From contig NC_134026.1 of assembly GCF_964204645.1 (NCBI RefSeq), forward strand, positions 21,300,150-21,364,149: 64,000 nucleotides of DNA, in the 5' to 3' direction. The notes beneath the pieces were generated by a model. It was not told where the DNA came from. It saw nothing but the letters and a program-made list of their open reading frames with translations, and did not search any database. Of the stretch, positions 22,363 to 34,942 are shown in pieces (position 1 is the first letter of the stretch; the number at the start of each line of letters is the position of its first letter). This DNA comes from Tubulanus polymorphus (Eukaryota > Animalia > Nemertea). The position numbers were made by a program, and so were the translations under genes.

Positions 22363-22430
22363 TATTATCATCATCATCATCATCATTATTATTATTATTA
22401 TTGATAACATTATCATTGATATTATTATTA
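22207..22430. repeat. (CCA)n about 35 units followed by (ATT/ATC)n microsatellite
   Basis: Direct reading; source of the poly-W/poly-I ORF artefact. Confidence 0.97.
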
Positions 22431-23937
22431 TGAATTATTTTTATAGCTTAACCCCCCCATCAAAAATGACATTGGGATGGTAGCCCACAGGCTCCTCAGT
22501 CAAAGTACTTGAAAGATTTACAACTCAATTTTCTACGGCAGACAATTGATTGCCGAAGTCGGAAACGTTCGACGACGACGGGGATCGGTGGATGCAATGA
22601 TCTGATTTTATCGACTATAAATAATTGAATTTCTTTTGAATCCAGGACTCGTTTCGGTCATATGTTTATCGGGGCGTCGTGATCGATGGGCTTTTGAAAC
22701 CGACAAGACATATCCGCGCGGTCGACTTTTGAACTCTCTCCCGCCGCTCTCGAGTTGAGAGAGATAGGTGCCCGGTTTCATTTGACACAGCGAATTCGAT
22801 ATTCCGTTTGTTTGTCACCGGTGATTTACGCCGGTGCCATCTTCGTGTAATCCGCCGTGTCGTTTCGCGATAGAATCGATATTCCCTTCCGATGCGCCGA
22901 CGGAAACGCGGCGTCCGATTTCGTCGGCGACGGGACGCGATTTGTTTCGCGTTTTTCGGTTCCGCGTGTTCGGTGGCATGTTCTCGGCGGCGCGGGACGT
23001 CACTCGAACAACGGCCGCGCGCGTAATCGAGCGTGAACGCGATATTCCGGCTCCTTAAATGCGCGACGGTGATGAATATGCGTAGAGCGCATCGGCACGG
23101 GAAAAAATCCGCGCTGTCTCGGCGGCGGTTCTCGTTTTACCGCTGTATAGGCACACACGGAACGACATCATGACTGGGCATTCATTCGACATCTGATCAG
23201 CGAATAGCGTTTGTGACCATAATTCCTATTATGTAAATCTCACGACCTGGGAAAAGATAAATGCACGCGTTTCTGTGATTATCGCGTAGCTCCTGCGGCT
23301 TATCGGGGCTTTTAACTTCGCGACGATAATGTATATGCAAATTGAATTGACTCCGGCATTATTTTTTTTTAAACGAAACTCGGGCACGGTATTATAGTCG
23401 GTGCGCCGTGCTTCGACGTCGCCTGCTAGTCTCCTCGCCGTGTGCGCGCCCGCGATTCGACATGATTTGATAAGCGCGTAAATGAAAGTTTTTCTCGTTC
23501 TTCCCCGTTTTGTTCATTCATGAACGGTAAGATGAGATAGCTTTCAACGCTCGTTTTCGACGGCATTTAATTACCAATTAAAGATTTAACAGAATTTTGC
23601 TCTATCGTTGATTTATGACGGTTTCGAATCTCGGAGCGTTTTCACCATTTTCTTTCTAGTGTCGCAGAATTTCCAATGATTTCTGTCCCGCTTCAACAGT
23701 TCTAATGTTTCCCGTCTCCTAGCGGCCACTGACTTTGAAAACCTGGAAAACTTGTGGGGAATGCGGACAAATGAATTGTAATTGTAACTCGTCATTCTGG
23801 GAATTTCGTGTAATCACGTGGAAGAAAATCAGGGAAAACTCTGGGGATTTGTAAATGGGCAGAAAGTGAAAGTGGTCACCATACCCTTGATGATTACGCA
23901 TGTAATTCTATTTTATGAACTCAGGGTTAATTACTAG

Positions 23938-24179
23938 AGCCACATTTTTGGCTCGTGCCAAATTAGGCCTGGAACAACTTTTCACACGGGTGTCAAATGG
24001 GCCTATGTCTGTTTGGCCTGACCAAAAATTGGTCATCTTGCTTTGTCATAGCATTGTTTAGTATCGAGTGAGTGGTTCACATGTGAACGCACTCTCTAAT
24101 TAGGCACGGGCTTAATTTAACTCGGGCCTGATCCGTGCCAATTTGGCCCGGGCTAAATTGTCTCCATGTGATCACGGCT
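23938..24179 (+). mobile_element. MITE family A copy, 5' end degraded
   Basis: gtgccaaattaggcc, gcactctctaattaggcacggg, ends catgtgatcacggct. Confidence 0.75.
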
Positions 24180-25206
24180 TATATGTACATGGGAATTGTG
24201 CAAAGGCGCGGCCCTTACGACGATCCAGAGCAACTTCAGTCATAGCAACCTAATGCTCTCTGAAATCAGTCCCTCCTATCATAGTGTGAGCTTAGTGCGG
24301 CTTTTGTTTGCTTAATACTTTTGACACGGAATGTTTATTTCCGGCAAAAATGATTTACAACCCATTAAGTTTTAGTTTTAAATTCTACTTTTTAAGTTAC
24401 GTACGGGGAACAACTCAACACAGTCGAAAGGTGACTGACTTTTTGAATACAAAGTTCTGAGTCATGCTGTTCACGTTTATTTTTTCTTTTATGCATATAT
24501 GAATGACATAAGATAGAGAATAATGCGAATTCGTGTTTCGAAATCTTTTTTCGAATGACACGGCATCGGGCGAAGAACGAGCTATTAGTCATCCGCCCGT
24601 TTTAACTGCCATGGTGACAACGACTTATCAGCATCCAAAAGTGGGCCGAAGATGTCGAAATTTAACGGCACATTTGTTTGAATAACGATGCCCTGACTGA
24701 TGCCAAGGTAACCGTGGGATATGTTCAAATTGGTAGCGCTTGTATACGCTGCATGCCGGTGCTGCTGGCGGATTCATAAAATGTTATACCGGAAATCAGA
24801 TAAAACCGGTCGTATCTGGAGATAAAGTTATATTTTAGGAAACCCGTAGTAGTATCATCATAGGATTCCAGATATCATAACCTACAGGGTTCCGCGCGCA
24901 CATGGCATAAATGATATTTCGCGTTCTTCCAGCGCCAGAAAAACGAGCGTTCTCGGAAAAGGTCTTTCATTCTTTCTTTTTTCTTCGTTCTTTTCGCCGT
25001 CGTTTCGTTTCGCCGCGATAGACCTCATTCGCAGTAGGAAATTGTATTTCTTATCACATGCGCCGGCGTTTTGACTTTGATTAAATCTTTGTTATCCTTT
25101 GTCGTGTTTTTGACGACTGTTCCGAGAAATGTACTAATTACGGGATATGGAAATTTCTTCGCAGCGATTCGATCGTCGTCCTTCCAATAAAAGATGCACG
25201 CTCCTA

Positions 25207-25517
25207 AGCGGCGATCACACGGAAACGATTTCGCCTAGATCAAACTGGCCAGTACCAGACCGTATTTTGGGCCTGTGCTTAGATAGCTTTCACGCCTAAT
25301 TCAGCTACTCATAATTATAATGCTCACGAAACTCTACTTCGGCAAGCGAGCTGAGTCACTTCCAGAACCAGTTAGCCATGCTAAAGTCTGTCAGGGGCCT
25401 GCTTCAAAGTGGTTGGTTGGGCCAAATTTGGTCTGTGTAAAACAGGCGCAGACCCGTTTAGCAGCAGGTGGACATTGAAATTTTGGTCGGGACGGAAGCG
25501 ACTGTCTGATCTTGGCT
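25207..25517 (-). mobile_element. MITE family A, old diverged copy, CTA TSD
   Basis: CTA-agcggcgatcacacgg ... tgtctgatcttggct-CTA; gggccaaatttggt inside. Confidence 0.65.
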
Positions 25518-26065
25518 CTAAATCCCAATAGTGATTGGATCTTTTTGCTGCCATATATTCAGCCGTATATCGAAGAGTCTATAGATCGATCGGGAGTTGG
25601 TAATTAATGATGTCCTAGGGAATTACGGAGGCAGCTATCTTTTATGGAATGGTCTAAAAATCGCTTTACGATGCTACCTGAGAAATTTTTGCGCTCATAA
25701 CATCAAGGTGCTTCGAAATATTTGTTTGACAGCATCAAATGTTTTTGCTTAATCCTACACAGACCTACCATTCCATTTGTACCGGGCACGCATGCCTATC
25801 GGCACGTATACTTCATTCTCTTCCCGGGACGTTTTTGATATACAGCAAATAAATAAAGTTGAGATTGTGTACAGTATTGCTCTCGTGGAGTGAAAAAACT
25901 CGAGTGGGTTCTTCATGGAAAGTTTAGAAATATATTTCGAAAAATAACAGTATTGATAAAAAGAGCAATTTTTGACCCTGTCTATAGTTTGTTTGAACGT
26001 CTAGTTTCATAAAGCTGTTCATCAAGATCCATTTCCACAATTCTTGTCTAGATTCAACTCCTAAG

Positions 26066-26318
26066 TGAGGGCGGAGCCAGGATTTCTGGAAGGTGGGTGA
26101 CTAGGGTACTGAAGCCACCTAAGGGGGTGTGGGGCCCTACCCAGAAAACTTTTGAAATTTTGGTGTTCTCCAAGGCTATTTGATGGCTGTTATAAGGGAA
26201 TAATTCATATTTCATAAGAAATGAAAAAAATTAAAATTTTTCCTAAAAATTTTGAGGGCGCCTCAAAAAATGTAGGGGGACTAGTACCCCCCCCCCCCGT
26301 CCCCTGGATCTGCCCTGG
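26066..26318. mobile_element. hAT-like MITE, 5-bp TSD
   Basis: CTAAG-tgagggcggagccagg ... cctggatctgccctgg-CTAAG. Confidence 0.65.
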
Positions 26319-27596
26319 CTAAGTTAGATAGGTTTATTTTCAAACTAGTCAAACTATCATCTGCGAAGCTGGGTCTTGTGGACTAACTGATTAATTGTGC
26401 AATTAATCTCTTATGGAAAGCTTATCATGAGCAAACCGATGTGCTCTTTAGAAAGTTATGAACTCAAACATGTCATGTGGTTATAATTAATGAGCCATTC
26501 ATTTTTTCTAAAAAATTTAACTATTTTAAGTCAGTCACAGTGGAAGTCACTTACAGCTGTTATATTGTCTCGGCTCTCGTGCACACAGGTGTTTACCATT
26601 ATTATTATGTGTTAAGAGTCATTTGTTTGTCACCTTGATATGTATCGAATTTTCACTTTCATCTGTCTCCGTAATCCAAGAACATGTGTATCGAATGTCA
26701 GATGACGTTAATTGATTGCTATGTTTATTTTTATTTTTTTGGGGTTTAAAATGCTGCTCTTTCTCGAAGGTGTTCTTAAATGATTCTAGTTGAGATTATG
26801 ATCGTGAGAGTGTCGCCTTCAAAGCATTGTTTTTGAAATCCCGTAAAACTTAATCCACTTAATTTGGGGTCGGTGAATGGAATTGGGTTAAATGAGAAAT
26901 TGCAGATTTAAAATCATTTTGAAGGACGAATTGCCGATTAAGATCTGACTCTTGAGTTAAAACACTGTAAAATATTAGGAAAGAACTTCTAATGGGATCA
27001 ATTCTAGATTCAAAGTTGACGCTATAACTATAGAACTTGTCCCCCCACACCATTTATACTTCAAATTCAAAATAACTTTATTACACCTCGATATTTACAA
27101 AGCAAATCATTGGTTTGCACTGTAATATAAAGTTCAGAACAAAACAAAATTAATGTTATTATAAAATGTTTAAAAGGAAATGTATTTTTACGACAGTGTG
27201 AATAAACTTGACAAACATTAAGTAGACATACGGGTTTATCAAAATAAGGAAGTAAATTTCAAACTTTCGATTATATTTTGAACTCCAGACTCAAAATTTG
27301 ATTTTTTTTTAACGTAATTGAAACATGGAAGTTGATTAGATACTATTTCGGGGGGGGGGGGAGGTATTCGTCTGGTCAGGCAGGTTGAAAGGTCAGTATA
27401 TACAGTAGGTGTGTAGCCGTGCGGCGGTAGAAGTGTATTTCGTGTGTGGGAATACCGCTCATAGTTAAAGTTAATTCAATTCCGATGTTATTTCGCGACA
27501 AGTGTAAGCCACATGATCGAAGTACTCCTCCGCTTGCTGCTGCTGCGTGGTGGCATCCCGTTCCCGGTAGGCAGGTCTGGGGCACAAGTTTTTACA

Positions 27597-27598
<2 letters not shown>

Positions 27599-27649
<51 letters not shown>
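27599..27649. repeat. (CA)n microsatellite
   Basis: Direct reading. Confidence 0.97.
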
Positions 27650-27653
<4 letters not shown>

Positions 27654-28204
27654 CTCCTCTCTATTCACAGTTTACACTGCCACCAACCTGACTGTTTTAC
27701 TTCAAACGTCTCAATATTTGTAGAAACTTTCATCCCGCGAATAAACTGTTGATATCCGTAGCATCGCCGATACCCGTAAGCAGAGACGATGTTGATCGTT
27801 GTGTGTGTATCGTGAATTGGACAGCACGCGCGCGCGAATTCTCCCGATTCTAAAAGTGCGCGCATCGGATTACTCGGCCGTTTTTAAATCGACGACGACG
27901 CGCAGATGAAACGAGATGAAACGAGATTCATCATAGATTTCTTTATGGCTGGCGAAAACAGTTTACATTTCATTTGATCGTTGGTTTGAATTCGCGAACG
28001 TCTTTGATCGACTGGTATTGGGTGAAATTTTGATCATATCATCGCTGATCTATGCGCTCACGCATACACACATATGCATGCAATGCATTCAAGATTATGA
28101 TTTATTCCAAAAAACCTTTGTACACGCACGACGAAATATAAACCAGAAACATGAAACCGAAAATGTGTGTGACAGTGTGGTGACAAAATGACAGTGTGGA
28201 TTGC

Positions 28205-28410
28205 TCAGAACAGTTTAAACAACGCGAATATGAAACAGAAATGTTTTTCTGGTTTGTTTCATGACTGCATATATTGGTCAGAACAATAGTTTAAACCCAA
28301 AAAGACACAAATATGAAACAGAAATGTTTTTCTCGTTTGTTTCATGACTGTGTCCATTGGTCAGAGCAATAGTTTAAACCTGAAAGACAAGAACATGAAA
28401 CAGAAACATG
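28205..28410. repeat. Degenerate ~83-bp tandem repeat, about 2.5 units
   Basis: Recurring atatgaaacagaaatgtttttct.gtttgtttcatgactg and ttggtcaga.caatagtttaaacc blocks. Confidence 0.8.
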
Positions 28411-29783
28411 TAACAGGTCAAATGCCTCGATGCCTTGTTTCATGGCTGCGTAAATTCGCTTCGAAAACAGCGAAAGTAAAGATGAAAAAGTTATTGATCT
28501 AACTTGAAACTGAAGTAGAAAGACACAGTAGATGACCAACATGTCACTTACGTTAACAATACATTTGAAGGGGGCGGTATTGTAGACTGATACTGTCTTT
28601 TTGATGGTACTATCTGGTATTGTCTTAGAATAAGGATTGACCCTGTTATTTATTTGATTGTTTTTTTTTCTTATTTGGTGTCCCTTACGAAAAAAACCCA
28701 GTATATGGTAGGATCGAAACAGCAGATTCTATCTTCAACCCGGGGTTAGCTCAATTCAATTTTGATTGAGTGGCTCACGCGGGTTAAAGTCGATACCTGG
28801 CCCCGCGACGATGTCGGAAACGGAAACAAGATTTTTTGCCATTTCCGTCGATCGAAATAAAACCTAATACGAAATTGTTTCACGGTACGAAAGGTTTCTT
28901 TTTTCAAAAGTCTTTCATACGAACGCTATTTCATCCGTCGAAGACAAACCCGAGAACGGATCATTTGATCATCGTAGATGAAATGATACGGCGAACAAAA
29001 CGGGGCAGACGTTTTGATTTTCTAACAACGCGCAGATGATGATGATAGCCGATAACTTCTCGGAGTGTACAGTTAGTTTTAAATCGATCGGACTGAGGTT
29101 CGCTGCCGGTGACGCCGAAGTTTAAGGATGGTCTGAGCGTCTATTTTCGTCGAGTCTCCCAGTACTGACGCGTACGTAATTGATATCTTGTGTTTCGTAC
29201 CGGGATCAAACGCATTGATCTCGGGGCGCCGATCTGTGTGTGGTGGGAGGCCCATTACAATAACGGCGTGTTCTGTCGTTTCGCGATCAATTTCTCTTTT
29301 TCAGCATCATAATTTTGATGTCTCGACTTTTTCTCGTCGTTCAACATGTCGCAAGATCTATCGGCCGCATTTGATCTAAAGAGAAATGTATGCCCCTGTA
29401 TGTCTGTCTCCCGGAGTGTGCGCATAAAAGATTATTATTCTAAAATCGTTTTTTCTTATTTTTGCAAAATTGGAATCTCTCGAAATGTCCCTCGTAGCTA
29501 TACGGACAGATCAGAAACGGCTCATATTGTTTTTTAGTAACATACAGAAAACATTTCTGTTTCATGTTTCACGTCTGGAACTGTAACATTTTCGATGCAA
29601 ACTAACGCATCTATTATCCGGTAATGGATGCTGGTGTTTTAGTGGATGCATTCCAAACTTCGTCGTCTTCAAATTCTAAAATATCTCTATTTCAATTGAG
29701 GGATGTCTTCGTTCGGATAAGTTAAACAATTAATGCCTGGGAGGACCCCCAAACTCCTCTAAAATACGTTGTGGGGGTGGTGT

Positions 29784-30035
29784 TAGGGTGACCACTCACC
29801 TGGAAATCAGGGAAAAGTCAGGTTTTTTATAAATGTCAGGGAATAGTGGGATATTTTGTATAAAAAAAGAGCTAAAAACCAGGTAAGGGAAAATTGCTGA
29901 GATCGTGCATAAAACATGGACTCTTTGAGTTTCTGTCTTATTGAATTCTTAGCAGATCAAGTGAGGAAAAACAGCGTGCATGTCACAGGGAAAAGTCAGG
30001 GGAAAAGCAAGTCATATAAACAACTTTGTTAGTCT
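29784..30035 (+). mobile_element. hAT-like MITE family B (cagggtgaccact...gtcaggga repeats)
   Basis: Colinear similarity to 41087-41378 (acctggaaatc.ggg, agatcaagt, gtgcatgtc, gtcagggg blocks). Confidence 0.65.
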
Positions 30036-32112
30036 ACCACCACAAACAACGAGGCTGAGGCAGTTTCTAAATTCCTGGATCCGGCCCCTGAATGTTGAAC
30101 CTCTGAAATCCTGGATCAGCCCTTGTATAACGACCAGACGTCAGGGCCGACGAACTAAACACTTTTTCTCTCACTGTTATCAGATAGCTGTTACATCGGC
30201 TTCTTGCATCTCTATACGTAATGCTGCCTCTGCCGCCGCCGTCAGTTTTTTCTTTGATCGCCGGCGATTATTGAGAAATCGCAAAATTAGGTTAACTCGA
30301 TGAGGACGATGATGATGTCGGAATTTCCACTAATCTATTTGCTGAATAGATCGACGCCGTCGAGGACGACGGGCAGTTCGAAATGTTTTTCGGCGCGCAC
30401 TCAAAAATATCATCGACTTCTTTTTCGTCTTCAGCGTCGTTGTCGAAGCAAATACCATCGATCGATTGCGACGACGAAATAGACGCGAATATTATGTAGA
30501 AATATACGCGGTCAAGTGGTGGTCATTAACGCGCGGCTGCATCGGCTTGCTTTCTGAAGTTGCCGTTTATCTAACAAGTATAGATTTTGTTACGCGCGCA
30601 CGCGTGCGCGCGCTCGCTATGTCTATATCTCTTCCGTTTTTCGATAGATAACGTCTAGAACCGGCGCATCGTCGTATCGTCGGTCGTCTGATAATTCGTT
30701 TAAAAACGCTCGTTTTAAGATTCTAATGACTTCGTCGTCGTTCGACGATGACGAGAAACGTGTCGAAAAAGGCCTGATAATTCGAAAGTTATCGAGTGTC
30801 TCGGCGCAGATTCCCGGGGCCCGCCGATGAATGAAAAACCATTAAAAGGCAATCTCTTGATTAGAACGCGCTGGAAATTTTCGCACGCGATTATATTCCA
30901 ACCGGATTTTTACGCGATGAATTCTTCCAAGTGCGATTCCTCTTTTAACGGGCGATTTTTGAAGAATTTTCCGCGTAAACTTCCCGTTAGGCTATTTTTG
31001 ATTGATCCGGTTTTGCGATCGGTGATATACGGGATAACGGAACCAGATTTTTCTCTGCCTCAGACCTCTGTCTAGAGTGATCCGATTGGTTTGAAAGGCT
31101 GACGAAGTCACGTCGGAAAAGATTCAAAAATAGTAGATATTCCTGTATTCTGGAATGAGAACAGCAGCAGCGATGATTTACTGAATGACGTTTTTTTCTT
31201 TATTTATGTTTTTGATGAAATTGAAATAGATTGTCAAAAATCGGGTAAATGGCCTCAGCAATCAAAAATTTCTTCCAATGCACCGGTTCTCTATTATTTG
31301 GTAGAGTCATGGACTCTGTCGATGGTAGACTATAGTACAGGATTCATTCAACAACTAATCCTTGAAGAGCCCCCTGAACTGTCGTTTGGATTGCAGCAGT
31401 AAGAGCTTTGATCAGTGTTGATCACTTACCATGCCAGAGATGCTGACATCTATGGTGACAGGGTGACAAGGGTGTATATTTATTTCATGTTTATAGGCCT
31501 GTGTTTGGCATTTGACACTCGGCATTGTGCGATGGCACCTAACGACAGTTAGGACAACACTCCAAATGCCCTGCTGGTTCACCTGGTTGATGGTATCCAT
31601 CACTTGACAAACAATATATGATGAGAATGTATATTTGTTGTAAAAATATCCCCTTGGCCTGTGATGTGACAAAGTTGCTTCATTTGTCTCCATTCATGGA
31701 CGTATAAATCTAGTTAATACGTCCATGCTCCATCTAAAACACTCTTCAAAAGTTAGTATTATCTCACAGCTTGAAATGCTTTCATTTATCCTGCTTGATG
31801 TGGTTTTTCATTTGGGTATCCCACAAATGACTAAACCATTAGTTGGGTTCTGGATGTGATGGACTGGGAGGGGGAATAAAGATTTTTTTGAATAATTTTT
31901 TTTCTTTAAACATTGAATTCATTACTAATTGAAGTGATCGAGGAAGGGAGTTTGAAAACAAAATTTGATTTTAATAGCTTTATTTTGGAAGATATTTTGG
32001 ACAATGATACCTGAATATTGTTTATTTATTGCTCTACACACATAACTGACGCCGCCATTTTTGCAAGTCAAGCTATTTAACGAACATGCCGGACAAATAT
32101 ATCCATTAGAAC

Positions 32113-32834
32113 GAATCCAGGTAATAATGCCAGAGGTAAAAATGCCATAGGTAATGATGCCAGAGGAAAAATCACGCCATAGGTAAAAATGCCAGAAGGA
32201 AATATGAGGAAAATTAAGTGAAGAATTTTTTTAACATCGGTACTGAAAATTCTGATTTTCACTAGATTTTACGTAATGAATGCACAGTTTAGAACATATT
32301 CCTATTAAAATACAAATTTTAAAAAAGGAATGAAAAATTTGTAGAATAAAGAGAACCACAAATCTATAAAATAGAGTCTAACATAAGCAATTAAATCATC
32401 GAAATTATTGATATTTCTATTTTGAGATCATTGGAACTTGGAAAATTAACACATATTCTAATATAATTGTAATCAAAAAGGGAACATAGTCATGATATGT
32501 AACAGATTTCTAAATTAATGAATATCAACAAATGAATGCACTGAGTTTACATATTGAATGCACAGTTTAGATAAAGCATAATTCTAGGTATAATAATAGG
32601 TATGGTAATTAAAACCAAAAATTAAGTTTTTGACGAGTGAGTATGCTCTTATTCATAATATCAAAGCAACAATTCGATGAATTGTTTTTAAGTTTTGATA
32701 CGCTTGTTTCTTATAATCATTGAATCAATTTACCCTTCTGGCATTATTTCCTCTGGCATTTTTTACCCCTGGCATTTTTACTTCTGGCATTATTACTTAA
32801 TGCATTTTTACCTCTGGCATTATTACCGCGTACC
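32113..32834. mobile_element. MULE/foldback-like element with tandem 15-bp subterminal repeats
   Basis: Arms of ggtaaaaatgccaga-type units inverted at both ends around an AT-rich core; flanks ccattagaac (32103-32112) and ccattggaac (32835-32844). Confidence 0.75.
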
Positions 32835-34843
32835 CCATTGGAACACCATTTTCCACCACATTTTGATGACGATATGGCAGTGAAAAAGTTAAAACTGTTT
32901 ATTTTCTTTTTCATATCTATGCCTAAAAGTTTTGGGGCGGTGGGGAAAAAATGGATTTGAAAACAGAAAAGTTTCATGCAGGATCGGCGGATCCATAATC
33001 CAACTTATAAAAAAATCAGGCATCATACTTCATCCTATTGTAGGCAAATACTATCCCCAAGATGACCACACCCCTTTGCGCTGAAAACGTGCTGTATCCG
33101 AGTTATGAAGTGCAAGATGTACTCGCTCGAAAAAACAATCACCTATACACCCACCGTGGGCTGATAATGAGTAATTTTCTAAGTGGCAGACACTGCGCTG
33201 TTTAGTCGCCCGATGAGTATGCGTAGATCATTTTCCTAATGAATTACTATTTTAGATTGCGCTCCGAAAAAAAAATCAGTCCTTGTTTAGATGCAAGTAA
33301 ATTACTGCACGGACTATGTATGTTATGACTTTCATTCGCGCAAAATTTAGCTTGAAGGCTGTTGTACATAGTTACTTATAGTTTGAAGCTCTAATTTTAA
33401 CAACTGGATAAGTAATGATTCTATAACGGTTTTTTAAATGCTTCTGTTTCATATTTTATCCAAAATTAATACATTTTGTCGATCTAAGAATAGTCATCAG
33501 CAATACTGCTATATGGCCCTGCAAGGCGATATTTATAGCTTAAAGAGTTGGATTGTGAAAACTTGAGTCTAAATCTTGATAGTTAGATCCAAGGTTGGAT
33601 CCTTTAGTCTAGGTCTGTGGGCATGGCCAGAGCAGCTGTAGCTGAATTAAGGTACTGTTAGTTTAGTTTAGTCTATTTTGCTCAGCAAGAAGACATTTGC
33701 TTCGATTAATTTAAAATTTAGATTATGTATATAATTTATGTATAGGATGGACAATAACATCAATTACACACATGGCCATAAATTTGTTAATTTGTTGTAT
33801 CTTCTAATTTGAATTATGCAATGATCAGTATGCTCATGATATTCTTTTGTTATATCTTACAGTGAATGAATTGAATATATCAATATGAAGATTGTATCTT
33901 CTTGCTCTCCATTCAAAAAGTGGGAGATTTTTGCGAGATTTTTACCTACAAGTATTTGGGATTTTTAACCAATGATAGCTGGCCAGGACTATGTCTTATT
34001 CTACATTGGGCTTGATATTATAGCTGTGTAGATCATATATTATTATTAATTGTGCCTATAGGGTTGATCATATCATAATCCCCTGATTTGATGGTTTGCC
34101 TATTTAACCCTATCTAATTACGGATACACATACAATACAGTCTGGAGACTGACTGCTAGAGTAGGTGATAACCAGCCAGTTTTCACAACCACACAAGGCT
34201 AATCAACCTGTTGTAATTAATCATCTAATCAAACCAACATCAACTGTCTGTTATCAGGTGTCGTAATGCCACAAATTTCCAGGCCAGTCAGGTCCACATG
34301 TCTGGTTCTTTTTCTCTGTTTTGCTCCTAAACAGTTGTACATAAGTTATACGCTTCAACACTTGTGACAATGCCACCTCAGTACAGTTCGTAAGTGTCAA
34401 CGCCTTTCAGAACGTGACCTGATCTGGGTGCTTGATATTTGCGAGTCCGGCTCACCAATTCAGGTATTTCACTACGATGATATACACGAAAAAATCGTGT
34501 TGCTGCTGAATTTGATCGTTTACGCCTGGCAATCAATTCACTTCACTGCAGGTAGCTATCATCATTTTGTTATGTTTTCTTTAATATAGGTATATGATGT
34601 GTGTAAAATCATAGGCTTTGGCGTTATTCGTTACGGTAACTGTTATAAGTTAGACATCGATATCATCATCACTATTTTCATGACATTTAATCGTCATCGG
34701 TGTTAATAACAATGACATTCAGTAAATTGTTGACATATGAAATATGAGAGAGAAAACACGGCAATTTAATATACACGATAACGGAAATGCGAAATGATAC
34801 GGAAATATTTCAATCTTTTTCCGAGAACGGCTCTTATATTTTG

Positions 34844-34845
<2 letters not shown>

Positions 34846-34939
<94 letters not shown>
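34846..34939. repeat. (CT)n microsatellite
   Basis: Direct reading. Confidence 0.97.

Positions 34940-34942
<3 letters not shown>

Noticed and set aside
22066-22416. Poly-Ile/poly-Trp ORF
   Set aside because: Translation of (ATT)n and (CCA)n microsatellites
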